The notes under the pieces were generated by a model that was not told where the DNA came from, searched no databases, and saw nothing but the letters and a program-made list of their open reading frames with translations. A stretch of 64,000 nucleotides of DNA from Octopus sinensis (Eukaryota), in the NCBI RefSeq assembly GCF_006345805.1, contig NC_043013.1, positions 3,410,001 to 3,474,000 of the forward strand, written 5' to 3'. Positions 39,063-53,247 of this stretch are shown here, one piece after another; positions within the stretch are counted from its first letter, which is position 1, and every line of letters begins with the position of its first letter. Made by a program: the position numbers and the translations under genes.

Positions 39063-39145
39063 ATCTTACCAATCGGTTTCGCGTAAAGAATACAGTGGAG
39101 TGCGAGGTAACAAACCGATTATATAACTTTACGCTCATCAGAGTT
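39063..39145 (-). ncRNA. Type I hammerhead ribozyme (left arm)
   Basis: AACT-CTGATGA-GCGTAAAG(38 nt)CTTTACGC-GAA-ACC GATT GGT-A-AGAT; 8-bp stem II, GUA site, one stem I mismatch. Confidence 0.82.
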
Positions 39146-40151
39146 AGCTGATATAGAAGGGAATATGGCAACTGTTCTCTATTGTCGGAGGTGGATTAGT
39201 ACAACCGGTCAGCGGCTGCGGTGAAAAAGGCTGGTGAAACAAAAAAGGGCCAGGAGATTCAGTTCGGAGTTATGTCCCTTGGCTGGGTATCTGTAGAGCC
39301 AGTAAGAGTTATTTTGAAGTGGGGAAGGTGTGTATTATTAATGTGGTGCTGTTGTGGGGGTGGGGTATGTGATATGTGTAGTGGTGTCATATGCAGAATT
39401 TTTTCGAGGGTGTAGAAATATATATAGCTGTGTTTGTTGATCTGTTTTCTTTTTTTCTTTCTGTAAATGATAAAGTCGTGGGGAGTTTTTATGCTAGCAT
39501 ACGGTGTATAATGTGTAATATGTGTGTGTGTGAAGGGGGCGTCTCTGTATGTGTGTGGGGGTACAATTTGTGTGCAGGGGTATGTGTTGTGGGTTGTCCT
39601 GCCTCGACCCTCCGTCAACGACCTTCCACCAATGCCCTCATGCCCGGTGAAAAGAGTTTGACCAAGGCACACACCAATGCCATCATGTACACCCTCCCCC
39701 TACAAGGCGGACAACCCACAAAATAGACTGTCTCCCACACCCACCCACTCCTGCTCACAAATTTTACCCAAACACATACACAGATTCCCCCACACACACA
39801 CACGCATACATTGCACATTATACACACATTACACACTTTTGCAGAAAGAAAACAGACCAACAAACACGGCTATATATACGTACACCCCCGGAAAAAATTA
39901 TGCATATGGCACCACTACACATATCACATATCCCACTCCAACAGGAGCACCACATTAATAATACACACCTTCCCCACTTCAAGATAATTCTTACTGGCTT
40001 CACAGCATACCCAACCAAAGGACATAATTTCGAATCGAATCTCCTGGTCATTTTCTGTTTCACCACCCTTTTTCACAGCAGCCGCTGACCGGTTGTACTA
40101 ATCCACCTCCGACAATAGAGAACAGTCGCCATATTCCCTTCCATATCGACT

Positions 40152-40234
40152 ATCTCTGATGAGCATAAAGTTATATAATCGGATTGCTACCTAGCACTCC
40201 ATTGTATTCTTTACGTGAAACCGATTGGTAAGAT
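40152..40234 (+). ncRNA. Type I hammerhead ribozyme (right arm)
   Basis: ATCT-CTGATGA-GCATAAAG(38 nt)CTTTACGT-GAA-ACC GATT GGT-A-AGAT; stem I intact, stem II has G-U closing pair and one A-C mismatch. Confidence 0.8.
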
Positions 40235-40270
40235 GAGCCGTGATAAGTATTTAGTACTATACATTTCGGA

Positions 40271-40365
40271 GGGCGGCGAACTGGCAGAATCGTTAGCACG
40301 CCGGACGAAATGCTTAGTGGTATTTCGTCTGTCATTACGTTCTGAGTTCAAATTCCATCGAAATC
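40271..40365 (+). mobile_element. SINE family A 5' fragment
   Basis: GGCGGCGAACTGGCAGAATCG...GAGTTCAAATTCC. Confidence 0.85.
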
Positions 40366-40599
40366 CTTTCTGCCTTTATTAATTTCTTTAACGTCTTTAT
40401 TGGGAACCTACCTACCTACATACATACATACATACATCGAATGCAGATAGTTTCCCGGGTAATCAATACTGTCCCCTATCAGTTTTGTCCTTAATACAAG
40501 ACTGATAAAAGAAATGGTTATCTTTAAATAAAATGCTAAGAAACATTTTGTTTGAAAGGATCGTAGCAGTAATCAAGCAGTGAAATACAAGCCACGTGG

Positions 40600-41765
40600 G
40601 AAATTACTATACCCTGAGTCAGCTATCACAGATCGTGGAACTATCGAAAAAATTCCATTGGATTTTCAAACTGAGCCAAGGCCAATACCAGTTCTACAGA
40701 GAAGATACGGAAGATCCCTCAATAGGCTATATAAAGAGACTTAAAGAGTATTGGGATTAGAAAAACCCAACATTCTCAAATTTTTCAGAAAAGCAATTGC
40801 ACCAGCAAGCGACATTTGTTGAAAAGAAATATGCCCCCTTACCGAACAAAACCACTCAGTCAAAATGCAGCAACACATTAAGCTTTTCCTCCTGAGGAGA
40901 CTGTGAACGACAACACGACCAAGACGAATACAACAATAAAAACCGCCACCACTCCACGGACATGTTGCAACCACTTAAGATCCTTCAAAAACGAGCGAGG
41001 AGAATACTGAAACCACGGCCTGCATCGAAGTTCAAGCAGAACTTCACTGCTTCTATACATAAAGGCACAGCATGAGAGAACGATACTTACACGTGGTGGA
41101 AAAAAATCCACCGACCTGGTGCTTCCCACGATCGATGGAATTCCGTGAGAACAAGTAGCTCAAATTCAAGCTCCCAGCTTTTGGCGAATAAATCTCCTGT
41201 TATACTGTGCCTCAGTAACTATGTCTCAACAGATGGGAGTAAAAGAGGCCGATCTAAAGGATAATACTGCGCCAAAATGAATTACCCCCCTCCAAAATAA
41301 CATCAACGGACTCAGGAAAAAAGGTAGAAGAGTTGGACACTATCTTGAAACACAAGGTTAAAAATGAGTTCACAAATCACCAGCTACAACCGCAAAATAG
41401 GTTCTCCAAATTGTATGAGAACTGCCACTCGCAAGTAAACTTATCACCCTCAAACACAATCTAGAGAGGTAAGTGAAAAAAACTTCGTTATTGTAAATAT
41501 TTACATGAACAGAAAATGATAAACCGAAAGTTTACCCGAAACTCGCAAGCTGTATATCACAGTGTGAAAGATGAGTCATTTGGGGGTGGGGACTGGACTG
41601 TAAACTGCGAAGTGAACACTGTCGAAACGCCTCTCCCAAAACACACAACATCACCAGTGAAACACTCCTGAAGGTTATTATGAAACTACAGAATAGAAGA
41701 TCACCTGGGAGAGACCTGATAGTAGGCCACTGGTACAAAAAGCTCACGTTCTACAAGGAAATTCT
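40600..41765 (+). pseudogene. R4/Dong-like LINE N-terminal/pre-RT fragment
   Basis: PSIGYIKRLKEYWD*KNPTFSNFSEKQL.QQATFVEKK; KLQNRRSPGRDLIVGHWYKKL. Confidence 0.65.
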
Positions 41766-41770
41766 TATGA

Positions 41771-42758
41771 ATTTATTTAAAACAACATTGGACGTTGGGC
41801 TAGATATATCAGATCGGTTGACATACACATCGCCCGCTCTGAGATTCGAACCCGCGATCCCTCGACCGCGAGTCCGCTGCTCTAACCACTAGGCCATGTG
41901 CTTCCACTATCTCCCCTATCTCTAATGATGATAACTACATGTCTCTCGAAATCGATGAGAATATTGCATACGTTAGTGCTGTGACTAAAACTCTCCCTAC
42001 CAAAAACAACATCATAGTGCCCTTGAATTTGAGAGCAACTACTCCCACTCAAATCTGTCTTGTTTTGCCCTGCCAAATTTCTCTCAGAAGCCTTACGTGA
42101 GGGTGGAGTGGGAGAGTGTTATGCGCGCATGCGTATGTGTATGTGTATGTTTCATACAAACACGTATTCTTCTCGTGAAAGTCAATATTTAAAATTAGTT
42201 TTAAAATCACTTCCATTCATTCTCAGTTTATCTCGTCCGGAGAACCATTTCACATTCCTTCGCTTTTCCAATTCTATAGATTTGTGTTCAAAACAGCATA
42301 ACCTCTCAATTCTACTGTATAATTCATCAACCACATTGCTTTTACTGTGAAGTATATATCACCAGCACCACCACCACCAGCACCACCACCACCATAACAC
42401 TGCCACCTCCAACACCACCACCACCACCACCACTCCACCCACATCACCCTGCCACTTTTTCTAGTATACTGCATAGTACATGCCACCACCGTATCATAAC
42501 CACTTCCTTAAGGACAACTTTGTTGAGGAGGAACTTTTCTTCCCTCCTGCCTGTTAATCGGTTATCACACCATTTGCTTGGCAGTGGTCTTGGAGAAACA
42601 TATTCAGACAGCCTGTTTGTACATGATATTCATGCATGTTATGAACCTATAGCTTTTGGCTACATGGGACTCTTCGTTCTTGGGCATAGGAGTAGTCCAT
42701 GCAACCGTCAACCGATCTGATATATCTAGCCCAACGTCCAATGTTGTTTTAAATAAAT
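41771..42758. repeat. Perfect 52-bp inverted repeat (41771-41822 / 42707-42758)
   Basis: 52/52 by eye. Confidence 0.92.
41823..41907 (-). mobile_element. tRNA-Arg-like SINE head (truncated)
   Basis: GCACATGGCCTAGTGGTTAGAGCAGCGGACTCGCGG..GGGTTCGAATCTC. Confidence 0.8.
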
Positions 42759-45293
42759 AATAAAGAGGTCCTATAGACATCGTCATATCTTTTAGAAAAA
42801 TACCAGGCATTAAACGAGGGAAGTCTGATTGAACATCGATTACCTATCACATGTCAGTTGAGAGCAACCTTGTAGAGGCACATTAAAATACATATGAGGA
42901 AAGCAAACTCTCGGAGTATACTGAATTGAGGAGAGAAGCGTGACAGTACTGATAAATAAATCTGCGTTGAACGGCCGGCGAGTCAGAGACGACACGATAG
43001 AACTTGCTGTAAATAATTGCTTAAAGAAAACAAGAACGGACTGAGTTTAGTTACATAGAGACCGTGAAAAAGCATTTAATGCCTGAATAATCTGAAAATG
43101 TATTTAACCTCAGCTGTCTGCACCCACAGAAGATAAATCAATGTTGAGCACTTCCTATTTCTTATGTTCTCCTCTGACCAAACAGAGGGGTTTAAAGTGC
43201 TTTCAAGAACGCCATATAATAGGACACTTTGATAGATGGACTAAGAATGACGTGCTTAAATTGGATTACTTTACCACTTTTTTTATACTTCTTTTTTTTT
43301 TGTACTTCTGATTTAGTCATCTAATGACAATTTTCAAGGGCGTTTTTGAGAAAATAGCCCACACTTAAGAGGAAATATTCACGAGAAAAATGATCAAGTG
43401 TTCAGAAATAAAAATTGCCTTAAATTTAGAAAATAACTAATTGCTTCAGCATCCTTTCAAACTTTCTTCTTGTTTATGATATTAAGCTAATTTTATAAAT
43501 CTGACATCTTAAGTTGTCGTAGTAGAGAACTGTTGCCGAAAACCATTGAAAGACAACACGATTCATAGCCCCCATAATTCACAGCCATCACAATTCACAA
43601 CAACAACATTTACTGCCACCAGTATCTATCAGTTTAACTTGAGTACAATTCATTGCCACCAAAATGCTATACAGATATCACCTCAGTTCATCGCCAAGCG
43701 AATTCATCATATCAATGAATGTCGCACATACAGAAATAGCAACTCTCCACACGCTCTCCATCGTCCACAACTAAAACCAGAGATTTTTATGGATAAGTTA
43801 GTAGAAATTTTCTATTGCAATAAACAGCAGGCTCTGATGTTATTAAGAAATCAAAATAATGCTTTAATTTGTAATCTTGCTTACAGGTCATTTTTAGTTT
43901 GGTTACATAACAAATGTTCCTGAGTTGTATCTGATAGTTAATAAGAATATATCAAACAAGAACAAACTGTTTGTATGTAAAGTAAGCACTAACACACTTA
44001 ATTTGGTGACTAAAGATACTTTCATTAGTCAAACGCTTCCTTCATTGAGACGAGGTGAAAGTGTTTTGACTGCACCGAACTTAACGTTGGGAATAGAGAC
44101 ACGAAGAGTGGGTGGAGTGGAATTAATCTATTATATGACAAGCATGTCGGCAACCTCGGTAATGTTTCGGTCCCATCTGACCTTCTCATCGAAGCATAGC
44201 GGTTACCAAACCTACTAGATGTGTAATAATAAACCACTACATGAATGTACAATACACACAAGTAGGTACGACAGCACAACATAAGGGTTGTAAGGGACAC
44301 CATCCATATGTAAATGTGTCGTAGTAAACTCTGGAATAGATAATCTTATTTGATTTATCGTTGCGGCGAAATCCAAAGGAATTGTGTGAGTTTTCCAGCC
44401 AAATAGCTTGATCGAAGGTTCTGGAAAATTTGGGTTACAGTTATAAAAAGTTGGCAAATTCAACTTCAGATTACAGCTACTCAGCATTCTACTCAGCTAC
44501 TTTGCTCAGTGCGTTGGTCTCTCGCCCTTTTATACTTTTTTCTTCAATAAACTTGTCGTGTTCGCCAAAAGGTACCACCTTGAGATGTAATGTCAAATCA
44601 GACACTCACTGCTTATTTCATCTTCAATAACTCTGAACTTACTATCACAATATTATCTCGTATATTGTATTTCACAAGATTCCTATTGTGTTCGTTATCT
44701 CATGAACGTTGTTTCATTAAATCAAATATATGTACAAATGTAAATATAAAAGTTGCAGGTGAAGAAAATATTTGAAGACCGAAGCAAATATTAGTGCGAT
44801 CATTCTTTTCTTCACACACGGCCTTCTACCAGCGAAGAACTAACGATTTAAAGCCACCACTAGATACTGAGTAGAAAGTGATATAAGTTTTCACGAAGAG
44901 AGTAGAAGTTTACACAGAGAATAGTGAATAAGCCTGAATATGCTCGAATTTGTCACCCGTACATTCCGAAGTCATAAAAATGTTATTATTAACATATATT
45001 TTGTCTTTATACATAAAGTTCACCAAAATATTTTTATTTGTTCTAAGGTGTACTGCTGCTAAATAGATTTGGGAAACGATAAGATCAGAGAGACACATAA
45101 CAGAATAAATATAATGTAATCGCCGACTGTGTAGTCGAATTTTACAGACGCCATTAACTACAAGACAGTGTCTGTAGATGGTGACTGGATAGAGAAGTAT
45201 TGTCTAATAGTTTCTAAGATGGACAATGGTAAATATTAATGGTAATTTCTTCTAATATCTTATAATCTCATCTCTGTCCATCGCCACCCCCCT

Positions 45294-45327
<34 letters not shown>

Positions 45328-45759
45328 CTTCTTTTTCTCCTCTCTCACACACGCGCGCGCTCACAGGTACACATCGTCATGACATAATATCGACATAAAT
45401 TAAAGACTTCCTTTATTTCACTACAGCAAGAGGTGGGTTTGCATTCAGTGTAGGGAAGGTCAGTGAAGGGGTGTTGTACTAACGGGGTGTACTGAACATT
45501 TTCAATACACGCTCCCCCCCCTACCGCCACCACGATAACCTGTCCAGAAGGACGGGTAAGTCGGTGGTGTGGTAGTAATGGCGTGTACATTACATGAGAG
45601 GTCAAGTAGTGGAGGTGGTAGTGGCGGTGGTGGTTATGATACGGTGGTGGCATGTACTATGCAGTACACTAGAAAAAGTGGCAGGGTGATGTGGGTGGAG
45701 TGGTGGTGGTGGTGGTGGTGGTGGCGGCGGAGGCGGCAGTGTTATGGTGGTGGTGGTGC

Positions 45760-45790
<31 letters not shown>

Positions 45791-45858
45791 GGTATATACT
45801 TCACAGTAAAAGCGATGTGGTTGATGAATTATACAGTAGAATTGAGAGGTTATGCTGT
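42293..45858. repeat. ~210-230-bp inverted duplication (42293-42503 / 45630-45858)
   Basis: Both copies translate to VACTMQYTRKSGRVMWVE...IYFTVKAMWLMNYTVELRGYAV; they differ mainly in GGT tract length. Confidence 0.9.
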
Positions 45859-45979
45859 GTCCTATAGAGATCAGTTATCAGGTAATACTAGTGGCATATA
45901 GTAGAGTGCTGTTAGTGGTAGTGGTAGAGTGACGTGTACTGTACTGTAAATGTCACGTAGTTGTAGTTGGTGTATACTT

Positions 45980-46380
45980 TATGATGGAAGTCCGGTGGGG
46001 ACGCGGGGGGGGCAGCGGCGGTGGTGGTGTTTGTGGCGGGGGTGGTGGTGGTGGTGATGGCGGCGGCAGCGCCGGTGGTGGTGGTGGTGGTGGTGGTGGT
46101 GATGGTGGTGGTGTCGGTGGTGGTGGTGGCGGCGGCAGCGGCGGCTGCGGTGGTGGTGGAGGTGGTGGTGGTGGTGGTGGTGGTGATGGTGGTGGTGGTG
46201 GTGATGGTGGTGATGGTGGTGGTGGTGATGATGGTGGTGGTGGTAGTGGTGGTGGTGGTGGTGGTGTCGGTGGTGGTGGTGGCGGCGGCAGCGGCGGTGG
46301 TGTGGTGGCGGCGGCAGCGGCGGCTGCGGTGGTGGTGATGGTGGTGGTGGTGGTGATTTTGGTGATGTTAGTTGTGATGA
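45980..46380. repeat. (GGT/GGC)n tract
   Basis: Direct reading; poly-Gly/Pro/His ORFs are artefacts. Confidence 0.92.
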
Positions 46381-47173
46381 TGGAATATACTCTAGTGTAG
46401 AGGTCATGTACAGGTCGTATGTACGATTCAATACAGCTCAGATGGTGTTGGAGGCGTTGTCTCATGTAGAGTCAGCAGAGGTCATGTAGCGCGGTGTTAT
46501 ATTCCACACAGTCGCCATCAGATTTTTTTTGTGTACTTCGGTCTGTACTCTAATGGTCATATTACTATTGTGTGGAAGATCCTAAATTTTATTTTGATTT
46601 TAATTCACCTGCAGGACATTTTTTTTGTACGTGATGTAATTGATTTGTTCATCAATAAAAAAAACATATCAGAAACAGCTGTAGTGAACCTCAGCCCATT
46701 TATATTATTATTTATACTACATCGCACTCGGAACCTTTCCTGTGTTGAGTCTTGAGTCCACGATAAACCGTGTACTGTCGGAGTGTATTCTTGTGTGATT
46801 TCACGTAGATGTTGAGTGCATTTGGTCTGCATATGCGGATGTATGCATAACTAGGACAAATATGTATATAGTCTAGTTGTGGTGGTATAAATATTGCATA
46901 CTGAAGTTGTGGTATGTTCATTGTAATAGGGTGTTCAGTTGTGTTGTTGGGCAGTATGTCCTCTACAGATAAGATTGCAATACTGGTACGTAATATGCAA
47001 TTGTGTCTGTGTAGTTCTGGTATATACCGCATTGATAGCTGTAACTGTATTACAGAAGCGAAGCGTTGTCTATAAATGCGTATCAATATAGGATTTCCTT
47101 ATAGGGACAACTCTTCTGTGAAACGATCGTAAGATGCTTTAAATACTTAATTCAAAACTTTTAAACTGTCATA

Positions 47174-47565
47174 TCTTTATATATAAAAGTGAAGTTGTGT
47201 GTCTGTCTCCTCCAATTTAGATTCCTAACTACTCCCATATTTTGCGGTGCAGTTTAACCAAAACCGGGTTATAGTCGTGATTCATATCGAGCCCTTCTGG
47301 GTATTAGCGCGCGTCTACGATGAGTCTACGATTAAAAAAAAAAATTACCATCAATTTTTCCCATTTTTAATGCATTTTTGGCATATATAAGGGAATTAAC
47401 TCTCTAAAAATTTAATATTAAATCTCAGAACGTAAAAAGCTACAGTAACACCCCCCTTCCTTTGTGGTTAGCCATATTGAGATGGCTATTATACTTTACA
47501 TCTCTAAAAATGCTTATATAATTATTTCCCTTACAAACCCGAGCAACGCCGGGCGATACTGCTAG
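47174..47565 (+). mobile_element. Non-autonomous Helitron (392 bp)
   Basis: A|TC start, CCCG-AGCAACGC-CGGG hairpin 47538-47553, CTAG|T end, no TSD. Confidence 0.88.
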
Positions 47566-47844
47566 TACATTATATATTTATACATATTTACATATATTTT
47601 TATACATATTTATATATATTTATATCTTTAATACATCAATTATTTTCACGCGTTGCATATCTTTCTGAGGAGTTTTGATATTGATTTCCTAATATTAATA
47701 ATAATAATATATTATTAAATAATACATATGTATATATCGCACGTATTAAAGATATAAATACTTTAATAGTATTAATACTTTGATACAATTGAGCACTCAA
47801 TATAAATTCAGTATATAATATTCTCATTTAATATATTTAACTAA

Positions 47845-47880
<36 letters not shown>

Positions 47881-47911
47881 AGTTATTAATGACAGATTAT
47901 CATTATCATTA

Positions 47912-48082
47912 TAGGTTTGTTCATTGATCGGCTTACCCAATTGATCCATTGATCAGCTGAGAAAAATTAAAGGACCTTAAGGAACAAATGCTATCCTCAT
48001 CGAAGTACTATGATTCTGAGGAGGATAGCATTAGTTTTTAAGAGTCGTTCAATTTGTCTTAACCGATCAATGAACGAACCTA
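47912..48082. repeat. 171-bp degenerate palindrome (MITE-like)
   Basis: 24-bp outer arms 47912-47935 / 48059-48082; 12-bp inner arms 47987-47998 / 48021-48032. Confidence 0.75.
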
Positions 48083-48239
48083 AAATAAACTATCGGAAAC
48101 ATCTGTATGTCGAATTTATTATAATAAAGTAAGGTTCTACACAAGAACAGGACAGGTCCAACCAATGGCCTTTCTTACAGTTCCCGTTCACTAAATTCTC
48201 TACACAAACACTCCTATATTTAATGCTATTTATGTAAAT

Positions 48240-48433
48240 GACAGGCAGAAGCGTGAACGGCATTTCTTCCGGTTCTTTACGTTTTGAGTTCAAATTCCGC
48301 CGAAATTTACTTTTCCTTTCATTCTTGATAACACACGTACCAGTTGAACACTGGGATTGGTGTAATTGACTTAACCCTTAAAATTGACTAACCCCTAAAA
48401 ATTACTGGTTTTGAGTCAAAATTTGAAGCCATT
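48240..48433 (+). mobile_element. SINE family A, old copy
   Basis: TTACGTTTTGAGTTCAAATTCCGCCG...GTACCAGTTGAACACTGGG. Confidence 0.72.
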
Positions 48434-48699
48434 ACGTGAATTTATTAATGTCCCCGTGTATGTTTGCGTCCACAGAAGTACAGCGATGCCCAGCTTTGTA
48501 AAATTATTCTGAGGAGATGTAAGCCAAGCGCTGAATGAGAAGCAAATTTATCGTTGTATTCCATGAAAGATTGGTGTGTATGTTGAATTAAACATTCTGC
48601 AGCGCATATCAACTCAATAATTATGACCGGCCATCACGGTACCCTCCCTATTCACTCGGTTGTCTTTCATCTTCGATAGATTTTTTTTTTTTTTTGCCT

Positions 48700-48924
48700 T
48701 GAAGAATTTTAGTCGAACTACCCCAGTACTTATATAATTCTTTTTATTTATAAAGCTTAGTATTTATTCTATCGGTTTCCGTCTAGCAAATCCACTCACA
48801 AGGCTTTTGGTCGGCCCGAAGCTATTGTGGAAGATATTTGCCCAAGGTAACACACAGTAGGACTGAACCCGGGAGCATGAGGTTGGGAAGCAAACTTCTT
48901 ATCACACAGCCACACTTGCACCTA
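48700..48924 (-). mobile_element. SINE family B, internally deleted
   Basis: AATCCACTCACAAGGC...GACTGAACCC...CACACAGCCAC. Confidence 0.8.
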
Positions 48925-49008
48925 GATCTTTGAAACTGTTCTTTTACTATTCCACACAACCAAATAATTGCCCACTGCGTTTGCATATGCTCGCTAGGGT
49001 CTCTAAAT

Positions 49009-49226
49009 CAGTGCTTTTCAAGCTTTTTGCTGGAGCAGAACCCCAAGGAAGCATTCCTCTGGCTCGAGGAACCCCTGTGCAATAATTTAATAGTCTTATG
49101 CACACACATCTGCACAGGAGAATTAAAAATTACTGCCGATTTTAGCAGTTTTGTAACTTCTTGCGGAACCCTGGACTGTACTGGCGGAACCCTAAGGTTC
49201 CGCGGAACCCTGGTTTAAAACCACTG
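49009..49226. mobile_element. hAT (Charlie-like) MITE, 218 bp
   Basis: TIRs CAGTGCTTTTCAA / TTTAAAACCACTG; 8-bp TSD CTCTAAAT at 49001 and 49227. Confidence 0.92.
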
Positions 49227-49484
49227 CTCTAAATGATCTCATCACAAGTCAGCTTAGGTGCCAGCATAACTTCAAAATATGTTAATTGTTCATGTAGATA
49301 GACAGAACCAGAAAACGAATGAAAATCCTAAAGACTTTGTCATATTTATTTATAGAGAACAATACGAGATCGAGTCCTAAACTCCAGCCTTTGCTTTCCA
49401 GAACCGTATGAGGTTACGAAACACTCTTCAACGTCTATGCATGAACATGCATCTTTATCATTATGTTCATTTATCATTATCGTA

Positions 49485-49892
49485 TAGGCGCAGGAGTGGC
49501 TGTGTCGTAAGTAGCTTGCTTACCAACAACATGGTTCCAGGTTCAGTCCCACTGCGTGGCACCTTCGGCAAGTGTCTTCTACTATAGCCTCGGGCCGACC
49601 AAAGCCTTGTGAGTGGATTTGGTAGACGGAAACTGAAATAAAACCGCCATATATATGTATATATATATGTGTGTGCGTGTATGTTTGTGTGTCTGTGTTT
49701 GTCCCCCTACCATTGCTTGACAACCGATGCTGGTGTGTTTATGTCTCCGTCACTTAGCGGTTCGGCAAAAGAGACCGATAGAATAAGTACTGGGCTTACA
49801 AAGAATAAGTCCCGGGGTCGATTTGCTCGACTAAAGGCGGTGCTCCAGCATGGCCGCAGTCAAATGACTGAAACAAATAAGAGTAAAGAGTA
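49485..49892 (+). mobile_element. SINE family B, full length (used as reference copy)
   Basis: tRNA-like head with GGTTCAGTCCC, CORE-like CACCTTCGGCAAGTGTC, internal TA/TG tract, 3' domain, (AAGAGT)n tail. Confidence 0.92.
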
Positions 49893-49940
49893 ATATAAAT
49901 GTATAAACATACATAAGTATATAAATTTATATGTGTATAA

Positions 49941-50033
<93 letters not shown>

Positions 50034-50224
50034 ATATATAATGTATGTATGTGTGCGAGTGTGTATGTACGCTAATGATTGTGTAATGAATGTAACAAGA
50101 CCTATCTTACTGACAGTCTGCCATCTCGTCATTTTAAGACGAGATGGCAGACGGACAGTGACATGGGTATGGAAATAGGTAGGAATGTAGGTAGGTACTG
50201 GAATAGGTAGATAGATAGATAGAT

Positions 50225-50323
<99 letters not shown>

Positions 50324-50331
50324 GATAGATA

Positions 50332-50560
50332 GGCGGCGAGCTGGCAGAATCGTTAGCACACCGGGCGAAATACGTAGCTGTATTTCGTCTGCCGTTATGT
50401 TCTGAGTTCAAATTCCGCCGAGGTCGACTTTGCCTTTCATCCTTTCGGGGTCGATAAATTAAGTACCAGTTACGCACTGGGGTCGATGTAATCGACTTAA
50501 TCCCTTTGTCTGTCCTTGTTTGTCCCCTCTATGTTTAGCCCCTTGTTGGCAATAAAGAAA
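50332..50560 (+). mobile_element. SINE family A, full length, between (GATA)n and (CATA)n
   Basis: Complete head, body and tail. Confidence 0.92.
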
Positions 50561-50989
50561 CAACATACATACATACATACATGCATACATACATACATAC
50601 ATACATACATACATACATACATACATACATACATAGTAATAAAAGCAGTTGTCGAGAGGAAATATAAAAAATGATTGAACCGAAGAAGGAAAAAAGGCCG
50701 CTATGGAGTACATTCATCGAGGGTTCGATTACTGCTTCCTTCTCTCAGTTCAATAGTCTCGTACTCTCTCTCTTCATTCCAAACCTTTTCCCTCTCCCTC
50801 TTTTAGTTTTTTCTCTCCCTTTATTCTCTCTCTCTCTCTCTTTCTCACTCTCTCCCCTTCTCTCTCTCATTCTCACTCTCCCCCCTTCTCTCTCTCATTC
50901 TTTCTTCTTCACTTTTACCCCCCGACAGCACCCTTCCCACCACTGCACTTATGCCCCTTTTATCATTACACATCCTCCTCATCTATCTC

Positions 50990-52430
<1,441 letters not shown>

Positions 52431-52861
52431 TAAAATTAATATAAACAGTAGTTTGCAATGTTTCACCAAAAAGGAGAATTTAGTGACACTTGCATTCAAA
52501 TATGTGTGTGAAGAATGTTTGTGTTTGTGCATTCATACACACATACACATGCATGTGTATGAGTGTTTATTTGTTAGCCTACTTGTTCATCTAGTTAGCT
52601 ATCTACCTTACTAGTAAATGGACGCCAGCAGACATGATGTAGAAAACCAAAAGATATTAATTAACTGCAATTTCACCCTTAATGAACAGAACAATCATTT
52701 TCAAAACAGCCAATTCTAATTTCAAAAAAACACAAAAACAAGAAAGCAAAGAAACGTAGTGAAAGCAACAGCCAAGATGGGGACACCAGCCCAACTTACA
52801 CATAATATAAAAATTCCTTTGCCCAGAAATGCAGAATTGAACAACATCAAAGTCTTAATTA

Positions 52862-53247
52862 ATATTGGCTTCAAATTTCGGCACAAAGCCAGCGTGTTTG
52901 AGGGAAGGATAATACGACTACATTAATCCCCTGTGTTCTACTGGTACTTACTTTACCGACCCCGAAAGGATGAAAGGCAAAGACGACCTTGGCGGAATTT
53001 GAAATCAGAACGCTAAGAACTTTGCCCGCCGTGCTAACGATTCTTTTCTACTCTAGGCACAAGGCCCGAAATTTTGGGGGAAGGGGACCAATCTATTAGA
53101 TCAACCCCAGTGCGCAACTGGTACTTAATTTATCGATTGCGAAGGATGAAAGGTAAAGTCGACCTCGGCGGAATTTGAACTCAGAACGTAAAGACAGGCG
53201 AAATACCACTAAGCATTTCGCCCTGCTTGCCAACGTCTCTGCCAGTT
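52862..53247 (-). mobile_element. SINE family A, dimeric/chimeric copy
   Basis: Full monomer 53247-53040 fused at GAAT to a second monomer. Confidence 0.82.

Larger units (their letters stand above)
39027..40270. mobile_element. 1244-bp fold-back element: ~570-bp inverted arms, 100-bp spacer, one HHR per arm
   Basis: Arms 39027-39604 and 39705-40270 align from TCCGAAATGTATAGTACT inward. Confidence 0.88.

Noticed and set aside
44020-44490. Possible LINE or Helitron coding remnant (VPYNPY; FDEKVRW motifs)
   Set aside because: Motifs lie in different frames and point to different families; cannot assign without a search
45953-46465. Gly-rich / Pro-rich ORFs
   Set aside because: (GGT)n tract open in several frames; no unique coding flanks or splice support
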